DNA from: Spirochaetia bacterium
Lineage (GTDB): Bacteria > Spirochaetota > Spirochaetia > CADAEX01
DNA: 64,000 nucleotides
Assembly: GCA_963662795.1 (NCBI GenBank)
Contig: OY759746.1
Coordinates: 608,001-672,000, forward strand
Direction of reading: 5' to 3'
A program made the translations under genes and the position numbers. The notes below the pieces were generated by a model. The model was not told where the DNA came from, did no database searches, and saw only the letters and a program-made list of their open reading frames with translations. This document shows positions 38,982 to 48,604 of the stretch, one piece after another; within the stretch, counting starts at the first letter, position 1; every line of letters starts with the position of its first letter.

Positions 38982-39875
38982 TTAACCTAAAATATTATAA
39001 TTTTCCAGTAATATTTTTATGCTTCTGTCTATTTCGACATCAGGAACAACTGCGGGTAACCTGTTGTTTCCGACTGATAGATCTTTTAAATAAAGAGCTC
39101 TTTTCACTAATGCAGGGGCATAACCAAGCTTATATAATGATTCACGGAAAGAAGATAATCTGCTTTGAGCTTTTTCAGCCTCAACCATGTTCCCATCAGT
39201 AGACGATTTATAAATCAGGTTAATCCATTCAGGAACAACATTGGCAAGGCCGGAAACACATCCGGTGGCTCCAAGCTGAAAACCTTTTAAAATCAGATTA
39301 TCCGGCCCGGTATATATTTCAAAATCTTTTTTTCCGTTATCCCTGATAGAACAGTACGCTTTCATATTTTCAATATTCCCGCTGGTATCTTTTATTCCCC
39401 TGAAATTCTCATGTTCAGAAAGACGGGCTACAGTTGCAACATCAACAGGATTATGGGTAAGATTTGGTATATCATATAAATAAACAGGCGTATTAAGTGA
39501 ATCAGCAAGCATGGTAAAATGCTGGTAAATTCCTTCCTGAGTACATTTAATAAAATAAGGAGTAATTGCAGCAATTCCGTCAACTCCGCATCTTTCATAT
39601 TCCCTTGCAAGCCTTATTGTTTCAAATGTTGAAGGGTATCCGGCATTGGCGAATACTTTTACCCTCCCCGCAGCTTCGTTAACCACAGTTTCAACAATTT
39701 TGACCCTCTCTTCAAAAGAAAGTGCAGAAAAATCACCGTTCGTGCCGGAGCAGAAAATATTATTTCCGGCATTGATTTGTTTTCTTACCTGCTTTCTTAA
39801 GGAATCATAATTAACTGTTTCATCGTTGTTATAGCATGTAACTAAAGCCGTAAATGGCTGGGTCGTTTTAATCAT
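38982..39875 (-). CDS. Dihydrodipicolinate synthase/N-acetylneuraminate lyase family aldolase
   Basis: GTNGDF, ITPYF, LYDIP, Schiff-base Lys in GIKDTSG. Confidence 0.88.
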   Translation of the reverse strand: MIKTTQPFTALVTCYNNDETVNYDSLRKQVRKQINAGNNIFCSGTNGDFSALSFEERVKIVETVVNEAAGRVKVFANAGYPSTFETIRLAREYERCGVDGIAAITPYFIKCTQEGIYQHFTMLADSLNTPVYLYDIPNLTHNPVDVATVARLSEHENFRGIKDTSGNIENMKAYCSIRDNGKKDFEIYTGPDNLILKGFQLGATGCVSGLANVVPEWINLIYKSSTDGNMVEAEKAQSRLSSFRESLYKLGYAPALVKRALYLKDLSVGNNRLPAVVPDVEIDRSIKILLENYNILG

Positions 39876-40896
39876 TATTCCCTCCCAGTTTTATAGCATA
39901 ATCTATTGCATTTATCATACTGGTCTCATTTGCCGTACCCTTACCCGCCTTGCCGAAAGCTGTCCCATGATCAACAGAACACCTGATTATTGGCAGTCCG
40001 AGGGTAATGTTGACACCGGAGACATCAAGCCATTTGTTTTTTTCCTGATCAAAAACAAAACCAATAAGCTTAAGCGGTATATGCCCCTGATCATGATACA
40101 TGCATACCACCATGTCAAACTGACCTCCCCTGGCCTTTGAGAAAACAGTATCTGCAGGAAGAGGTCCTGTTACATTTATACCTTCTGATAACGCTTTTTC
40201 AATTGCCGGAGTTATTTCTTCAATCTCTTCCCTTCCGAACATTCCATTTTCACCGGCATGGGGATTTAACCCCGCTACAGCAATACGCGGATTTACAAAT
40301 CCCATTTTTTTCAGGACTTTATCCGCAAGACAGATTACATTATATACTCTTTCCTTTTTAACTTTTTTACAGGCTTCCATCATCGATACATGTGTTGAAA
40401 CATGCACAACCATTAACCCTTCACCCGCAAGCATCATCGTGTAATCTTTTGTTCCCGTAAAATGAGCATATATTTCAGTATGTCCTGCGTAATGGAATCC
40501 TGCCAAATTGATTGATTCCTTATTTATTGGCGCGGTTACCGTAGCATCAATTTCTTTATTTATGGCAAACTCAATGGTTTTTTTTATGGATTCAAATGCT
40601 GCACGTCCGCATTCTGCAGAAACTTTTCCGAATTCAAATTCTCCTGTTTTACAGAGTGAATGCTCATAAACATCCAAAAATCCATGCCTGTATATCCCTT
40701 TTTCAATTTTATCAATTGAATTTATTCTCAGATCAGCACCAGCTATTTTATTAGCCTGTTGCATTATATCCGAGCTTCCAATTACAAGAGGGTTGCATTT
40801 ATCATAGATAGCTTTTTTATTTAAAGCTTTTATGATAATTTCAGGGCCTATACCTGCAGGATCTCCCATTGTAATGCCGATTAAAGGTTTTCTCAT
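39868..40896 (-). CDS. pdxA: PdxA2-type 4-phospho-tetronate/4-hydroxythreonine-phosphate dehydrogenase
   Basis: TMGDPAGIGPE, TAPINKE, GHTE, GLNPHAGE, MYHDQGH, SVDHGTAF. Confidence 0.93.
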   Translation of the reverse strand: MRKPLIGITMGDPAGIGPEIIIKALNKKAIYDKCNPLVIGSSDIMQQANKIAGADLRINSIDKIEKGIYRHGFLDVYEHSLCKTGEFEFGKVSAECGRAAFESIKKTIEFAINKEIDATVTAPINKESINLAGFHYAGHTEIYAHFTGTKDYTMMLAGEGLMVVHVSTHVSMMEACKKVKKERVYNVICLADKVLKKMGFVNPRIAVAGLNPHAGENGMFGREEIEEITPAIEKALSEGINVTGPLPADTVFSKARGGQFDMVVCMYHDQGHIPLKLIGFVFDQEKNKWLDVSGVNITLGLPIIRCSVDHGTAFGKAGKGTANETSMINAIDYAIKLGGNND

Positions 40897-40898
40897 TT

Positions 40899-42059
40899 TT
40901 ATCCCCTTAATACCTTTTTATAAATATTTTCAATATCACTTACTGTCATCTCTTTCGGATTATTATCCAGAAGTCTTCTGACATTAAAAGCTGATTCTGA
41001 TAACGAAGGTATATCACTGACAGGAATATTAAATTTATCAAAGCTTTCCTGTATTGCAAGATCATCAACAAGTCCATATAAATGCCAGATAAATAAATCA
41101 GCTTTATCCCCAGTTTTCATATGTTTATCAGCAATTCCGGCAGTTTCTGCAGCAATTGCGAGTTTATCGATTATTTTTTCCTTGTTGAAATCCATTACCG
41201 GTGCAAGCAGTACTGCATTTGCAACTCCATGCGGTACCCTGTATTTTCCTCCAAGAGGGTATGAAAGGGCATGTACCGCGGTTGTGCCGGAAGATGCAAT
41301 TGCCGCTCCGCCGTAAAAAGAGGCAAGCAGCATCGAAGATCTGGCTTCTATATTGGAACCTTCAATAAAAGATTTTTTTAAAGAAGAAAGTATGAGCCTG
41401 ATTCCTTCCAGCGCTATCATATCACTGAACAGATTTGCCTTTTTTGATATATAGCATTCCAGAACATGGCATAGGGCATCAACGCCTGTCGATGCAGTGA
41501 GGTGTTTCGGAAGAGATACAGTAAGCTGGGGATCAAGAATTACATAGTCAGGAAGAAAAAATCTGCTGATAATACCTTTTTTGATATTTTCTCCCCTTAT
41601 TGCAATAATTGAATTTGGGGTAGCTTCAGAGCCTGTTCCTGAAGTAGTCGGTATCATGACTACCGGTATCCCTCTCTCATTTACTCCGTTTTCAATTATT
41701 TCAGAAACACTTGAGTTGTTTTTAAGCATAACCGATATCAATTTTGCAGTATCCATCACACTGCCGCCACCTACCGCAATTATCAGGTCAATTCTCATGC
41801 CAAACAAGTTTTTATTTATTCCTGTAACTTCATCATCATACGGCTCTGCAGGAATACCATCGATAATTATTATATTGCCAGCAATAGTCTTGATATTGTT
41901 CAGTACCAAATCACAAATACCAGATTTTCTAACGCCCTGATCAGTCAGTAATATTATTTTTCCGTCTTTAATATTTTTTGAAATTTCGTTTAATTTTGAA
42001 ATCTCTCCAAAGCCGAAAAAAATATTGCCTGGAAGAGATGAACTGAATTTATCTGACAT
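40899..42059 (-). CDS. Iron-containing alcohol dehydrogenase
   Basis: GGGSVMDTAK, PTTSGTGSE, DALCH, HALS, PHGVAN. Confidence 0.92.
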   Translation of the reverse strand: MSDKFSSSLPGNIFFGFGEISKLNEISKNIKDGKIILLTDQGVRKSGICDLVLNNIKTIAGNIIIIDGIPAEPYDDEVTGINKNLFGMRIDLIIAVGGGSVMDTAKLISVMLKNNSSVSEIIENGVNERGIPVVMIPTTSGTGSEATPNSIIAIRGENIKKGIISRFFLPDYVILDPQLTVSLPKHLTASTGVDALCHVLECYISKKANLFSDMIALEGIRLILSSLKKSFIEGSNIEARSSMLLASFYGGAAIASSGTTAVHALSYPLGGKYRVPHGVANAVLLAPVMDFNKEKIIDKLAIAAETAGIADKHMKTGDKADLFIWHLYGLVDDLAIQESFDKFNIPVSDIPSLSESAFNVRRLLDNNPKEMTVSDIENIYKKVLRG

Positions 42060-43317
42060 TATCAATGACTCCTATTAATTGCAGTATTTTAATTATTGCG
42101 TCTTCTTCTCCAAAACCGCCGGCTTTTGTGACTATGGATATATCCCCCATATTTTCTTTTCGTATCAATTTCATAAGAGGTATTCCGGGAAGTATTTCCC
42201 TGTCAAATATGACACATTCGGTTTCAAGAAATGATACAACTTCATAGGCAGTATCACCTCCTGTAATAAAAAGCGTATCAATACCATATTCAGCGATGAG
42301 ATCCCTTATAAGTTTGCCCAGAAAACCAGAAACAACTTTACCGTCTTCCGGCTGGGGAAGATTTTTCTTAATCGGGGTTTTATCACTGCTGGCTGTTGTT
42401 CTGATCACTACAGGCAGCAAATTGCTGTTTTCAGTTATTTTAGCTTTTATCCGCTCAATTTCTCCGGCAGGATCTGTTTTCATTCTAGCAATATCAAGAA
42501 GAATTGAAAGATTTTCAACTTCTCTGGCAAATCTGTCACCCTGAAGATTGCTTGTCCTGGTAAGACTTCCAATAACTATTAGAACTTTTTTCCCTATTGA
42601 TATTTTTTTCCCATTATGATTGTCCTGTTTTGAACATAATGCCTCTGCCATACCTGAAGATCCTGCGATGAGTATTTCACTGTCAGTTTCTATTGAAGAA
42701 ATAATTTTCAAATCATTTATCGTTTCTGCATCTGCAATAATTACCTTTTTACCGTTGTTAATCTGATTGTAAAATTCCTTAAGAAAATCAGCCTCACCTT
42801 TCCTGATTACAGAAAGACCGATATGCCCTGTCTGATGGCGGAATCTGTTTTCAATTATTTTAACAACATTTGAGCTGATTACAGGATTAAATGGATCATC
42901 ACCGGATTCAGTGTTTTTGACAGGCATACCGTTTGCATAGCATATCCCGTTTTTTACTGTTCTGTTGTTACGGGGAGCAGAAGGAGCAACTAATGCGGCC
43001 CTAAAACCGGCAGCATCGATAATAGCTTCAATCTCGATACCTATATTGCCCCTCATAGTTGAATCAATTTTTTTAAATATCTGCTTTATTCCATGGGAAA
43101 CACAATCAGCAGCCACATCGTAAACTTTTTTATAGGCAGTTGCTTCATCATCAAATCTTGATTCAGTATTAATTACCTTTACATCACATTCTTTATATTT
43201 TGATGCCGTATTGTTATTAATAAATAATACCGGCATATATCCGGCTTTGCGGTAATGAATGGCAGAATCGGCGGAACCTGTAAAATCATCAGCTATTATA
43301 CATTTTTCTGGTTTCAT
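42049..43317 (-). CDS. Four-carbon acid sugar kinase (DUF1537, DtnK/DenK family)
   Basis: IADDFTGSAD, KKIDSTMRGN, TGGDTA, TKAGGFG. Confidence 0.93.
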   Translation of the reverse strand: MKPEKCIIADDFTGSADSAIHYRKAGYMPVLFINNNTASKYKECDVKVINTESRFDDEATAYKKVYDVAADCVSHGIKQIFKKIDSTMRGNIGIEIEAIIDAAGFRAALVAPSAPRNNRTVKNGICYANGMPVKNTESGDDPFNPVISSNVVKIIENRFRHQTGHIGLSVIRKGEADFLKEFYNQINNGKKVIIADAETINDLKIISSIETDSEILIAGSSGMAEALCSKQDNHNGKKISIGKKVLIVIGSLTRTSNLQGDRFAREVENLSILLDIARMKTDPAGEIERIKAKITENSNLLPVVIRTTASSDKTPIKKNLPQPEDGKVVSGFLGKLIRDLIAEYGIDTLFITGGDTAYEVVSFLETECVIFDREILPGIPLMKLIRKENMGDISIVTKAGGFGEEDAIIKILQLIGVIDNVR

Positions 43318-43331
43318 TATGGCAACTTAAC

Positions 43332-43348
43332 TGCATTTTCTGTGCCAA
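43332..43348 (-). promoter_or_regulatory. Sigma54 (-24/-12) promoter of the catabolic operon
   Basis: Minus strand TTGGCACAGAAAATGCA = GG-N10-GC; adjacent to a sigma54 activator gene. Confidence 0.8.
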
Positions 43349-43453
43349 TTTATGAATCCAGGAATTTATTAATGATAACTCCATACATTATAATTATTTA
43401 TTTATATTTTTTTTATTAAATATTTATTGAATCACAATACTAATGGTGATTTT

Positions 43454-45373
43454 TTAATCATCTATGATAGATAATTCACCAGCTAATTTCTTTTTCAAAG
43501 TGTTCCTGTCAATGACAAGACGTCTGGCTGTTCGTGATATATTCCGGTTTTCTTCTTCAAATATTTTTTTTATAATGCGGTTTTCTATTTCTGCAAGCGA
43601 ACCTTCACCTATGCTGTAATTACCAGATAAGGCTGAAGCAGTAAATAATCTCTCAAGATTTTTTTCTGCATACTCATTCCCATTCATATTATAAAGAATA
43701 GAAAACCGTTCCGCCATATTTTCCAATTCACGGATATTTCCCGGCCAATAGTATTTTTTCAGTATTTTTTTAAAACTACTGCTGAGTGAATTAAGTGCAA
43801 TTGTATTCCCGCTATATTTTTTAATATATATCTCGAATATCGGAAGTATATCCTCTACCCGCTGCCGAAGGGGAGGAATATTTATTTCGAGGACATTCAA
43901 CCTGTAATAAAGGTCTTTTCGGAATTTTCCCTTTAAAATTTCTTCTTCAAGGTTCCGGTTTGTAGCTGCTATGATTCTAACATTGATCGGGATAATCTTG
44001 TCATCGCCTATTCTTCTGATCTCTTTTTCCTGAAGAACACGAAGAAGTTTTGTCTGCAGATTTATATCAATTTCACTGATTTCATCAAGAAAGATTGTTC
44101 CATTATGCGCAGCCTCAAAAAGCCCATGGTGACCGCTCTTTGAGGCACCGGTAAAAGCACCCTCGATATAACCGAAAAGTTCACTTTCAAGAAGATTATC
44201 AGTCAAGGCAGCACAATTTACAGCTATAAACGCTCCGTCGTGAACAGGACTGTTGTTATGAATGCTTTGTGCAACAAGTTCCTTACCAGTACCGGTCTCT
44301 CCATATATTATAATATTACTCCTGTTTCTGCTGTACTGTTTTGCTATGGCAATGCAGTCTTTCATACAGCTGGATACATAGAAAATATCCTGAAAAGTGT
44401 ACCTGGCCTGATGACCTTTGTTTTGAAGCTGTTTCCGTATTGTTATTTCAAAGTCACGGATTGTCTCGGATTTCAGAAATGAAATAACAAGTCCTTCTGT
44501 TTTTCCACTTATAATAATGGCACGTGTATTATAGGCAAAACTCCCGCAGGAAAGATTAAAAATACCACCTGCCGATAGATTGTTTTTTTTAATCAAATTC
44601 TCATATTCTATTGACGGAATAATATCGCTAATATGTTTTCCTGGAATTGTTCTGAATTCTGTGCCAAGATAAGCCAATCCCTGCTGGTTAATCTGCCTTA
44701 TTATCCCTTTTTTATCTATATTGATGATACCTTCACTTACTGAATTCAAAATAGCATTTATTTTAGCAGCATTTTCCAGATGGTCTTTTGTACTTTTATA
44801 GATCAGTACTGCTTTTTCAAAAGCTTCTTTTAACGCTTCTCTGCCTGATTCTATCAAAAGATAATTCAAATTATATTCTTCAGCTTTTTTTACTGATATT
44901 ACATCCCCGATAACAATATCAGCTTCCTTGTCTGCAATTTCAGACATTATATCAGGCAAATCCTGATCACTTTCAAGAGTAAATATTTCAGCAGGAATAT
45001 CCAGGATATTGCAAATGGCTTTTGCAGGATGCGTTAAATTTTCAAAACCTACTATTGCTATTTTTTTTCTCAATCCTTTTAATTTCTTAAGATTTTCAAG
45101 AAGATCATAAAAAGAAACTCCTACTTCAATTACAGGTATTTCCAGCTGTTTTTTTATAAGGCTGGCAGTTCCGCCCCTGCTTACAAAAATACATCCGTGT
45201 TCATACCTGTATCTGTCAGCAATTTTAACTCCTTCAGAAAGGTCTCCAATGTGAGTCTTGATCTCTATATCATAATCATCAGCAATACTATCCGCAATAT
45301 TCTTAAGTTTTTCATATGGAGCTATAAATACAATCATTACTATATAATTATAACATAAAAAGCAGACACTCAA
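43454..45373 (-). CDS. PrpR-like sigma54-dependent transcriptional activator (start probably MIVFIAPY)
   Basis: PrpR_N (SRGGTA), PAS, GETGTGKE, GAFTGA, FLDEI, WPGNIREL, Fis HTH. Confidence 0.93.
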   Translation of the reverse strand: MSVCFLCYNYIVMIVFIAPYEKLKNIADSIADDYDIEIKTHIGDLSEGVKIADRYRYEHGCIFVSRGGTASLIKKQLEIPVIEVGVSFYDLLENLKKLKGLRKKIAIVGFENLTHPAKAICNILDIPAEIFTLESDQDLPDIMSEIADKEADIVIGDVISVKKAEEYNLNYLLIESGREALKEAFEKAVLIYKSTKDHLENAAKINAILNSVSEGIINIDKKGIIRQINQQGLAYLGTEFRTIPGKHISDIIPSIEYENLIKKNNLSAGGIFNLSCGSFAYNTRAIIISGKTEGLVISFLKSETIRDFEITIRKQLQNKGHQARYTFQDIFYVSSCMKDCIAIAKQYSRNRSNIIIYGETGTGKELVAQSIHNNSPVHDGAFIAVNCAALTDNLLESELFGYIEGAFTGASKSGHHGLFEAAHNGTIFLDEISEIDINLQTKLLRVLQEKEIRRIGDDKIIPINVRIIAATNRNLEEEILKGKFRKDLYYRLNVLEINIPPLRQRVEDILPIFEIYIKKYSGNTIALNSLSSSFKKILKKYYWPGNIRELENMAERFSILYNMNGNEYAEKNLERLFTASALSGNYSIGEGSLAEIENRIIKKIFEEENRNISRTARRLVIDRNTLKKKLAGELSIIDD

Positions 45374-45472
45374 ATATATATATTTGGCATTGATCTCTAT
45401 TAACTTTCAGGAGTACATCATTATGCATAAATTTCTTGACAGATAAATCATTGTACCTGAAAATAAATCACG

Positions 45473-45820
45473 ATGAAACTGCTTGTGTTTGTCTTAAACA
45501 AGGAAGAGCTTCTCGAAGAAGTGCTTGCCGCATACCTTGAGGCAGGCATTCCAGGCGCTACAATTCTTGATTCCGAAGGAATGGGGAGATTTCTAACCTA
45601 TGAAGTTCCCCTTTTTGCCGATTTCAAGGAATTCATGAAGGGAAATAAACCATACAATAAAACAATTTTCTCTGTCATTCAGAACGAAAAATCGATTCCC
45701 CGTCTTGAAAAACTGCTTGATAAGGTCTGCGGCGGCCTTGATGAACCTGGAACAGGAATTCTCTTCACTCTCCCTTTAGATTATGCCAGGGGCCTTGTGC
45801 CTGCAGATACGGAGGATTGA
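45473..45820 (+). CDS. PII-like (GlnB-fold) signalling protein
   Basis: GIPGATILDSEGMG and PGTGILFTLP motifs; 115 aa. Confidence 0.72.
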   Translation: MKLLVFVLNKEELLEEVLAAYLEAGIPGATILDSEGMGRFLTYEVPLFADFKEFMKGNKPYNKTIFSVIQNEKSIPRLEKLLDKVCGGLDEPGTGILFTLPLDYARGLVPADTED

Positions 45821-45821
45821 T

Positions 45822-46283
45822 TTGCTTAAATTATCCAGGATGCTTGATAAAGAGTGTATTAAACTTGAGATGAGCGCTGTCAGGAAAAGGGACGCGATTT
45901 CGGAACTCCTCGAAGTCCTTAAAGATAACGGGAAAATAGATGATACAATACCGCTGCTTAACGATATCTGCGAGAGGGAAAAATCAGCTTCAACCGGAAT
46001 AGGCTATGGAATAGCCATCCCGCATAAAATTGTTGACGGGCTTGAAAAAACAATAATAGCGTTTGGAAGAAAAAAAGAGGGGATCAATTTTGATTCAATT
46101 GACGGGAAACCGGTCTCCCTCTTTTTCCTTATACTGGGGAAGGAAGGAAGCACGGGAAGTCATCTGCGGCTCTTAAGCAAACTGGCAAGACTTCTTCATG
46201 ACCCTGATTTCAGGGAATCACTTTCCAGCGCGCAGTCGGCTGAGGATATCATTAACGCCTTTGCCCGGGAGGATGATGAATGA
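45822..46283 (+). CDS. PTS EIIA (Fru/Ntr-type) domain protein
   Basis: RE...STGIG.GIAIPH, FDSIDGKPV, HL.LLS.LA; TTG start after GGAGG. Confidence 0.9.
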   Translation: MLKLSRMLDKECIKLEMSAVRKRDAISELLEVLKDNGKIDDTIPLLNDICEREKSASTGIGYGIAIPHKIVDGLEKTIIAFGRKKEGINFDSIDGKPVSLFFLILGKEGSTGSHLRLLSKLARLLHDPDFRESLSSAQSAEDIINAFAREDDE

Positions 46284-46792
46284 ACCTGGCTGCAAAATGG
46301 AAAATCACAAGGATATTACTTACTTCAGTTTATCTTTTCGCGGGGTGGATGCTGTTTACGGGAAGCCTTAATCCCTTTTCCATGGCTATGGGCCTTTTTT
46401 TTTCAGTATTAACAGCGCGTTTAACCTACAGCCTCTTCATAGATGAAAAAGAGGCTGAAAGACGGGGGCTTGTCTTTAAGGTTCATTTTCTTGTTTTTTA
46501 TCTTTTATTTCTATTATTTAAAATGTATGCCTCGAGCTTTGCGGTTTTATACAATGTCATAAGGGGCAACATAAATCCGAGAGTTGTTCATTTCAGAACA
46601 AGGCTCAAATCCGACATTGCGCGCGTTATCCTTACAAACTCAATTACGCTTACTCCCGGAACAATAACCTTAAGCCTTGACGATGACCATCTGATAGTCC
46701 ACTGGCTTGAGGCAAAGACAACACATTCGCGCTATGCCGGGGAACTTATCAAGGGTAAAATGGAAAAAATACTGAAAAGGATTTTTGTATGA
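46280..46792 (+). CDS. mnhE: Na+/H+ antiporter subunit E (MrpE/MbhA-like)
   Basis: INPRVV, LTNSITLTPGTIT, LIVHW. Confidence 0.9.
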   Translation: MNLAAKWKITRILLTSVYLFAGWMLFTGSLNPFSMAMGLFFSVLTARLTYSLFIDEKEAERRGLVFKVHFLVFYLLFLLFKMYASSFAVLYNVIRGNINPRVVHFRTRLKSDIARVILTNSITLTPGTITLSLDDDHLIVHWLEAKTTHSRYAGELIKGKMEKILKRIFV

Positions 46793-47061
46793 ATACGCAG
46801 ACCGCATTCAGCGTTATTATCTATCTTTTTATCGGTTCCGGCGTTATAAGCCTTTACCGGGTTATCTCCGGCCCTACAGCAGCAGACCGCCTGATCGGGT
46901 TAAATATTATATCAGCCCAGATACTTGCGGTTCTGGTTCTGTTCGCTGCTATGGAAAACCTGCATGTTTATCTTGATGTGGCGCTTGTCTACGATATATT
47001 CGGATTTGTCGGCATACTCGCTATCGCAAGGTATACCGGAAAAAAAGAAGAGTTAAAATGA
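46789..47061 (+). CDS. mnhF: Na+/H+ antiporter subunit F (MrpF/MbhB-like)
   Basis: RVISGPTAADR, YLDVALVY...FVG...ARY. Confidence 0.9.
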   Translation: MNTQTAFSVIIYLFIGSGVISLYRVISGPTAADRLIGLNIISAQILAVLVLFAAMENLHVYLDVALVYDIFGFVGILAIARYTGKKEELK

Positions 47062-47366
47062 CAGAATGGATAGTCTTCGGTTTTCTGATTCTGGGAGCCG
47101 TATTTAATCTGATGGGGCTTCTCGGCGTCCTTATTTTTCCTGATCCCTATACGCGGCTTCAGGCTTCATCGACATGCAGCACTACCTCGGTTATGTCAGT
47201 ATTTATTGCGGCAATGATAGAATCAGGCATCTCGGCCGTTACCGGAAAGATACTTGTAATAACCCTGTTCTTTTTCATTTCAAGCCCGGTATCAGCCCAC
47301 ATCATAGCGTGTTACGCCTGGAATAATGAAATAATCCCCTGGCGGCGAAAGGGGGGACCGGAATGA
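47058..47366 (+). CDS. mnhG: Na+/H+ antiporter subunit G (MrpG/MbhC-like)
   Basis: FPDPYTRLQA, SPVSAH. Confidence 0.9.
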   Translation: MTEWIVFGFLILGAVFNLMGLLGVLIFPDPYTRLQASSTCSTTSVMSVFIAAMIESGISAVTGKILVITLFFFISSPVSAHIIACYAWNNEIIPWRRKGGPE

Positions 47367-47596
47367 CAACACTGCTTCTTGCCCTGCACGTCCTGCTTGC
47401 TGTTATAATCCTTGTATCACGTAATATGCTGACCGCGGTAATCCTCCTTGCGGTTTTAAGCCTTTTCAGCAGCCTTCTGTTCTTCATACTGCACGCGCCT
47501 GATGTCGCACTCACAGAGGCGGCCGTAGGAGCAGGCGTCTCTACTTTTCTTTATATCTGGATAATACGGAAAACTGAAATGGAGATAAAACCTTGA
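47363..47596 (+). CDS. DUF4040 subunit (MbhD-like)
   Basis: APDVALTEAAVGAG. Confidence 0.88.
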   Translation: MTTLLLALHVLLAVIILVSRNMLTAVILLAVLSLFSSLLFFILHAPDVALTEAAVGAGVSTFLYIWIIRKTEMEIKP

Positions 47597-47847
47597 AAAG
47601 GCTGTTTCATATTCTGATAATTGCTGTATTCTCACTTTTGCTTATCTTTGCTCTTCTCTTCGCTGACCACAGGGCGCCGGATACGGCAAAACAGTTTCTT
47701 CTTGAAAAAAGCTACGTTGAAACGGGGGCGGCAAACCTGGTTACGGCGATATACCTCGGATACAGGGCTTTTGATACGCTTGGAGAGACAATTGTGCTTA
47801 TCGCCTCTGTTACAGGCGTTGTATTTCTTATGGGAAGCAGACAATGA
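47593..47847 (+). CDS. MbhE-like subunit
   Basis: NLVTAIYLGYRAFDTLGE. Confidence 0.85.
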   Translation: MKRLFHILIIAVFSLLLIFALLFADHRAPDTAKQFLLEKSYVETGAANLVTAIYLGYRAFDTLGETIVLIASVTGVVFLMGSRQ

Positions 47848-48266
47848 AAAAAACAGATATACTTGATGTCGTATCACGTAAATTGGCTCCTTTCATACTG
47901 CTCTTCGGATTTTACCTGCTGACATACGGGCACCTCTCCCCCGGCGGAGGGTTTCAGGGAGGGGTTACAATAGCATCGGCTGTAATCCTGCTGTTTCTTG
48001 CCAGGGGGACCGCAAGGGTCCTTGAGGTGTTTCCCCTTAAATCTGTTCATTACACCGAAGCATACGGATTTTTTGCATTTTTATTGACAGGTATTGCGGG
48101 TCTTGTTTACGGACAGGGTTTTCTATCCAGTTTTCTGAAAGTACAGGGGACCGGAGCAATCCCCGGCGGCGGCACAATCTTATTACTCAACATTATAATC
48201 GGGCTTAAGGTAGGCGCAGGCATAACGCTTATCTGCTATTACCTTTTCAAAGAGAAAGAGGAATAA
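47844..48266 (+). CDS. mnhB: Na+/H+ antiporter subunit B (MrpB/MbhF-like)
   Basis: GHLSPGGGFQGG, GLKVG. Confidence 0.9.
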   Translation: MKKTDILDVVSRKLAPFILLFGFYLLTYGHLSPGGGFQGGVTIASAVILLFLARGTARVLEVFPLKSVHYTEAYGFFAFLLTGIAGLVYGQGFLSSFLKVQGTGAIPGGGTILLLNIIIGLKVGAGITLICYYLFKEKEE

Positions 48267-48604
48267 TGATTAACCTGACACTTATCGCGGCCCTGTTTAT
48301 TACCGGCGTTTCCGGTCTCATACTTTCCGGAAACCTTATAAAAAAGGTTATTGCCCTTGGAATCATAAACTCATCTGTTATTATTTTATTTATATACACA
48401 GGTTCCCTTTCAGGCGTCCTTGCTCCGATAATTACCGCCGGAGAAATGAATATTGTAGATCCTCTTCCTCAGGCCCTGATGCTTACTGCAATTGTAGTCG
48501 GGTTATGCATAACAGCCCTTGCGCTTGCCTTAATCTACAGGTTATACAGGCTTTACGGATCGCTTGATATAAGAGAAATTGAAAAAAAGGCAAGGCGCCC
48601 GTGA
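48266..48604 (+). CDS. mnhC: Na+/H+ antiporter subunit C (MrpC/MbhG-like)
   Basis: NLIKK, DPLPQALMLTAIVVG. Confidence 0.92.
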   Translation: MINLTLIAALFITGVSGLILSGNLIKKVIALGIINSSVIILFIYTGSLSGVLAPIITAGEMNIVDPLPQALMLTAIVVGLCITALALALIYRLYRLYGSLDIREIEKKARRP

